Shown here one piece after another: positions 34,743 to 36,476 of a DNA stretch of 36,476 nucleotides. Position 1 is the stretch's first letter. Every line of letters begins with the position of its first letter. The DNA is from Dehalococcoidia bacterium (GTDB lineage Bacteria > Chloroflexota > Dehalococcoidia > DSTF01 > RBG-16-68-14). Below the pieces are notes generated by a model that was not told the origin of the DNA, did no database searches, and was given only the letters and a program-made list of their open reading frames with translations. The stretch spans positions 1 to 36,476 of the forward strand of contig JBBEBM010000019.1 in the NCBI GenBank assembly GCA_040882355.1, in the 5' to 3' direction. The position numbers were made by a program, and so were the translations under genes.

Positions 34743-36434
34743 ATGCGCTGGCAATACCTGGCTCTCATAGCACTCGTGGCCGCGCTCGCCGCCTGGTCGT
34801 CGCGGGCCGCGACGACCGAGGCTGTGCAAGCGAACGGGGCGGTAGCCGTCGACTGCGACGCGGCGGCGGCCGGCGTCCAGAACACCTGCAGCTACGCGAA
34901 CGGGTCGACCTTCAATGTCCAGGTGCACGTTACCAAGGCCCCCACAAGCGGCTACTTCGCCTACCAGACCAAGGTGCGCTGGAGCGACCCGCTGATCGAA
35001 TACGTGCCCGCGAGCATCTCGACCGAGAACAAGTGGCCGCACTGCACCTTCCCGGCGCGCCACGATAACCAGCCCGGCGATCCCTCGGTGCTGCACGGCT
35101 GCGTCCCTTCGCCGATGCCCAGCGTCGGCTTCACCACGACAGGCGCTGTGGTCCAGCTCCAGCTTCGCTGCCAGCAGCAGGGTTTGACGGCGCTCACGCT
35201 CGTCCCGCGAGCGGGCGACGCGCAACTGGGCACGCATCTGCTCGATCAGGTCGGCCAGCCGTTCGATCCCGTCCTGGCAAATGCGACGGTGAACTGTGGT
35301 TCAGTGCAGCCATATGGCGTGGGCTGGGGCTCGCACAACACCCCTGGCATGGTGGGCGCAAACAGCGTCGTGCCCGTGCTCGTGACGTTTACGAACGCGG
35401 GATCGCTGACGTGGCCGGCGGCGGGCGACGGCGCGGTGCAGCTCTCGTATCACTGGTCCAGCGGTGCCTGTCCGTGGGGGACGACGGTGGTCTGGAACGG
35501 CCTGCGAGTATCGCTCCCGGCCGACGTGGCTAGCGGAGAGACCGTGAGCGCGCAGCCAATAGGAGTCCAGGTGCCGAGCGCGCCCGGCCAGTACTGCCTG
35601 GTCTACGACCTCGTGCAGGGAGCGTCGACGTGGTTCAGCCAGCAAGGTGCGGCGGCGCTGCGTGTGCCGGTGACGGTACAGGGACCGAAGGTGTCCTGGG
35701 GGAGCCACACTACGCCAGGCACGGTTACCTCGAATAGCCTCGTGCCTGTCAACGTGACGTTCACGAACACTGGCCTGGGTACGTGGCTGGCCACGGGAAG
35801 CGGCGCCGTGAAACTCTCCTACCACTGGTCCAGCGGCGCGTGTCCTTGGGGGACAACCGCTGTTTGGAACGGAAGGCGCGTGTCCTTGCCCGAAGACGTC
35901 TCGAACGGTGAGACCGTGAACGGGCTGCCCATTTCGGTACAGGTGCCAAGCGCGCCCGGCCAATACTGTCTGGTGTACGATCTGGTGCAGGGAGCGTCGA
36001 CCTGGTTCAGCCAGCAAGGCGCGGCCGCGTTGCGTGTGCCCGTGACCGTGCAGGAACCGCCCTACGCCGTCTCCTGGGGATCGCACACTACTCCGGGCGC
36101 AATGACGGCGAGCAGCCAGGTGCCCGTGACCGTGACGTTCACGAACACTGGGTCGCTGGTGTGGCCGGCCGCCGGCGGCAGCGCCGTTCAGCTCTCGTAC
36201 CATTGGTCCAGCGGCGCCTGCCCGTGGGGAACGACACTGGTGTGGAACGGGCCGCGTGCGGCGCTGACCGACAACGTGACGAACGGTGAGACCGTGAGCG
36301 CGCTGCCTATCCAGGTGCAGGCGCCCAGCGCCCCGGGCCAATACTGCCTGGTCTACGACCTTGTCCAGGGGCCGTCAACCTGGTTTAGTCAGCAGGCAGC
36401 GGCGGTGTTGCGGATACCGGTGACCGTCAACTAG
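34743..36434 (+). CDS. Secreted protein: cohesin-like domain plus three Ig-like (NBR1-Ig-like) repeats
   Basis: GAGGAGGAG RBS, signal peptide MRWQYLALIALVAALAA, Cys-containing beta-rich domain, then three repeats of VTFTNxG..W....V.LSYHW...PGQYCLVYDLVQG..TWFSQQ. Confidence 0.85.
   Translation: MRWQYLALIALVAALAAWSSRAATTEAVQANGAVAVDCDAAAAGVQNTCSYANGSTFNVQVHVTKAPTSGYFAYQTKVRWSDPLIEYVPASISTENKWPHCTFPARHDNQPGDPSVLHGCVPSPMPSVGFTTTGAVVQLQLRCQQQGLTALTLVPRAGDAQLGTHLLDQVGQPFDPVLANATVNCGSVQPYGVGWGSHNTPGMVGANSVVPVLVTFTNAGSLTWPAAGDGAVQLSYHWSSGACPWGTTVVWNGLRVSLPADVASGETVSAQPIGVQVPSAPGQYCLVYDLVQGASTWFSQQGAAALRVPVTVQGPKVSWGSHTTPGTVTSNSLVPVNVTFTNTGLGTWLATGSGAVKLSYHWSSGACPWGTTAVWNGRRVSLPEDVSNGETVNGLPISVQVPSAPGQYCLVYDLVQGASTWFSQQGAAALRVPVTVQEPPYAVSWGSHTTPGAMTASSQVPVTVTFTNTGSLVWPAAGGSAVQLSYHWSSGACPWGTTLVWNGPRAALTDNVTNGETVSALPIQVQAPSAPGQYCLVYDLVQGPSTWFSQQAAAVLRIPVTVN
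35310..36431 (+). repeat. Three intragenic ~125-aa repeats
   Basis: Near-identical WGSHxTPG...LRVPVTV units. Confidence 0.9.
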
Positions 36435-36476
36435 CCCAGTAGAGGTCCTCGACGTCGCCGGGGCGGGGCGCCCGGC

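Noticed and set aside
28939..36431. CRISPR array
   Set aside because: Repeats are in-frame protein repeats without unique spacers; no cas genes

Overview
GC-rich bacterial chromosomal window, most likely Chloroflexota/Dehalococcoidia (inferred from the FtsK insertion, the '...QFGHSC' flexitail-type surface-protein tails and gene content). The left third is a minus-strand housekeeping run: yceD-rpmF-fabD-fabG-nusB-acpP-tatB-tatC-split TauE/SafE-UDG-rnj-ftsK-polyferredoxin. It is followed by a plus-strand cluster of zinc-ribbon protein, a large serine recombinase-like gene that lacks its catalytic residues, RNase HI (no canonical start codon), a THUMP methyltransferase and RNase P RNA (rnpB). 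The middle holds a class-III aminotransferase, a PAP2 protein, nfeD-SPFH, a hydrolase, an orphan gene, an unannotated small-peptide/structured-RNA unit downstream of smpB, ctpA and a diguanylate cyclase with its own c-di-GMP-I riboswitch. The right part holds a GYD-TPR-DapB-like-aminotransferase run, secreted repeat proteins with dockerin-like tails, an M16 peptidase with an attenuator-like leader, a circularly permuted alkaline-phosphatase-family protein and a second c-di-GMP-I riboswitch ahead of a cohesin-like/Ig-repeat protein. No tRNA, rRNA, tmRNA, CRISPR array, transposase or prophage was found. All family assignments come from motif recognition by eye, not database searches.
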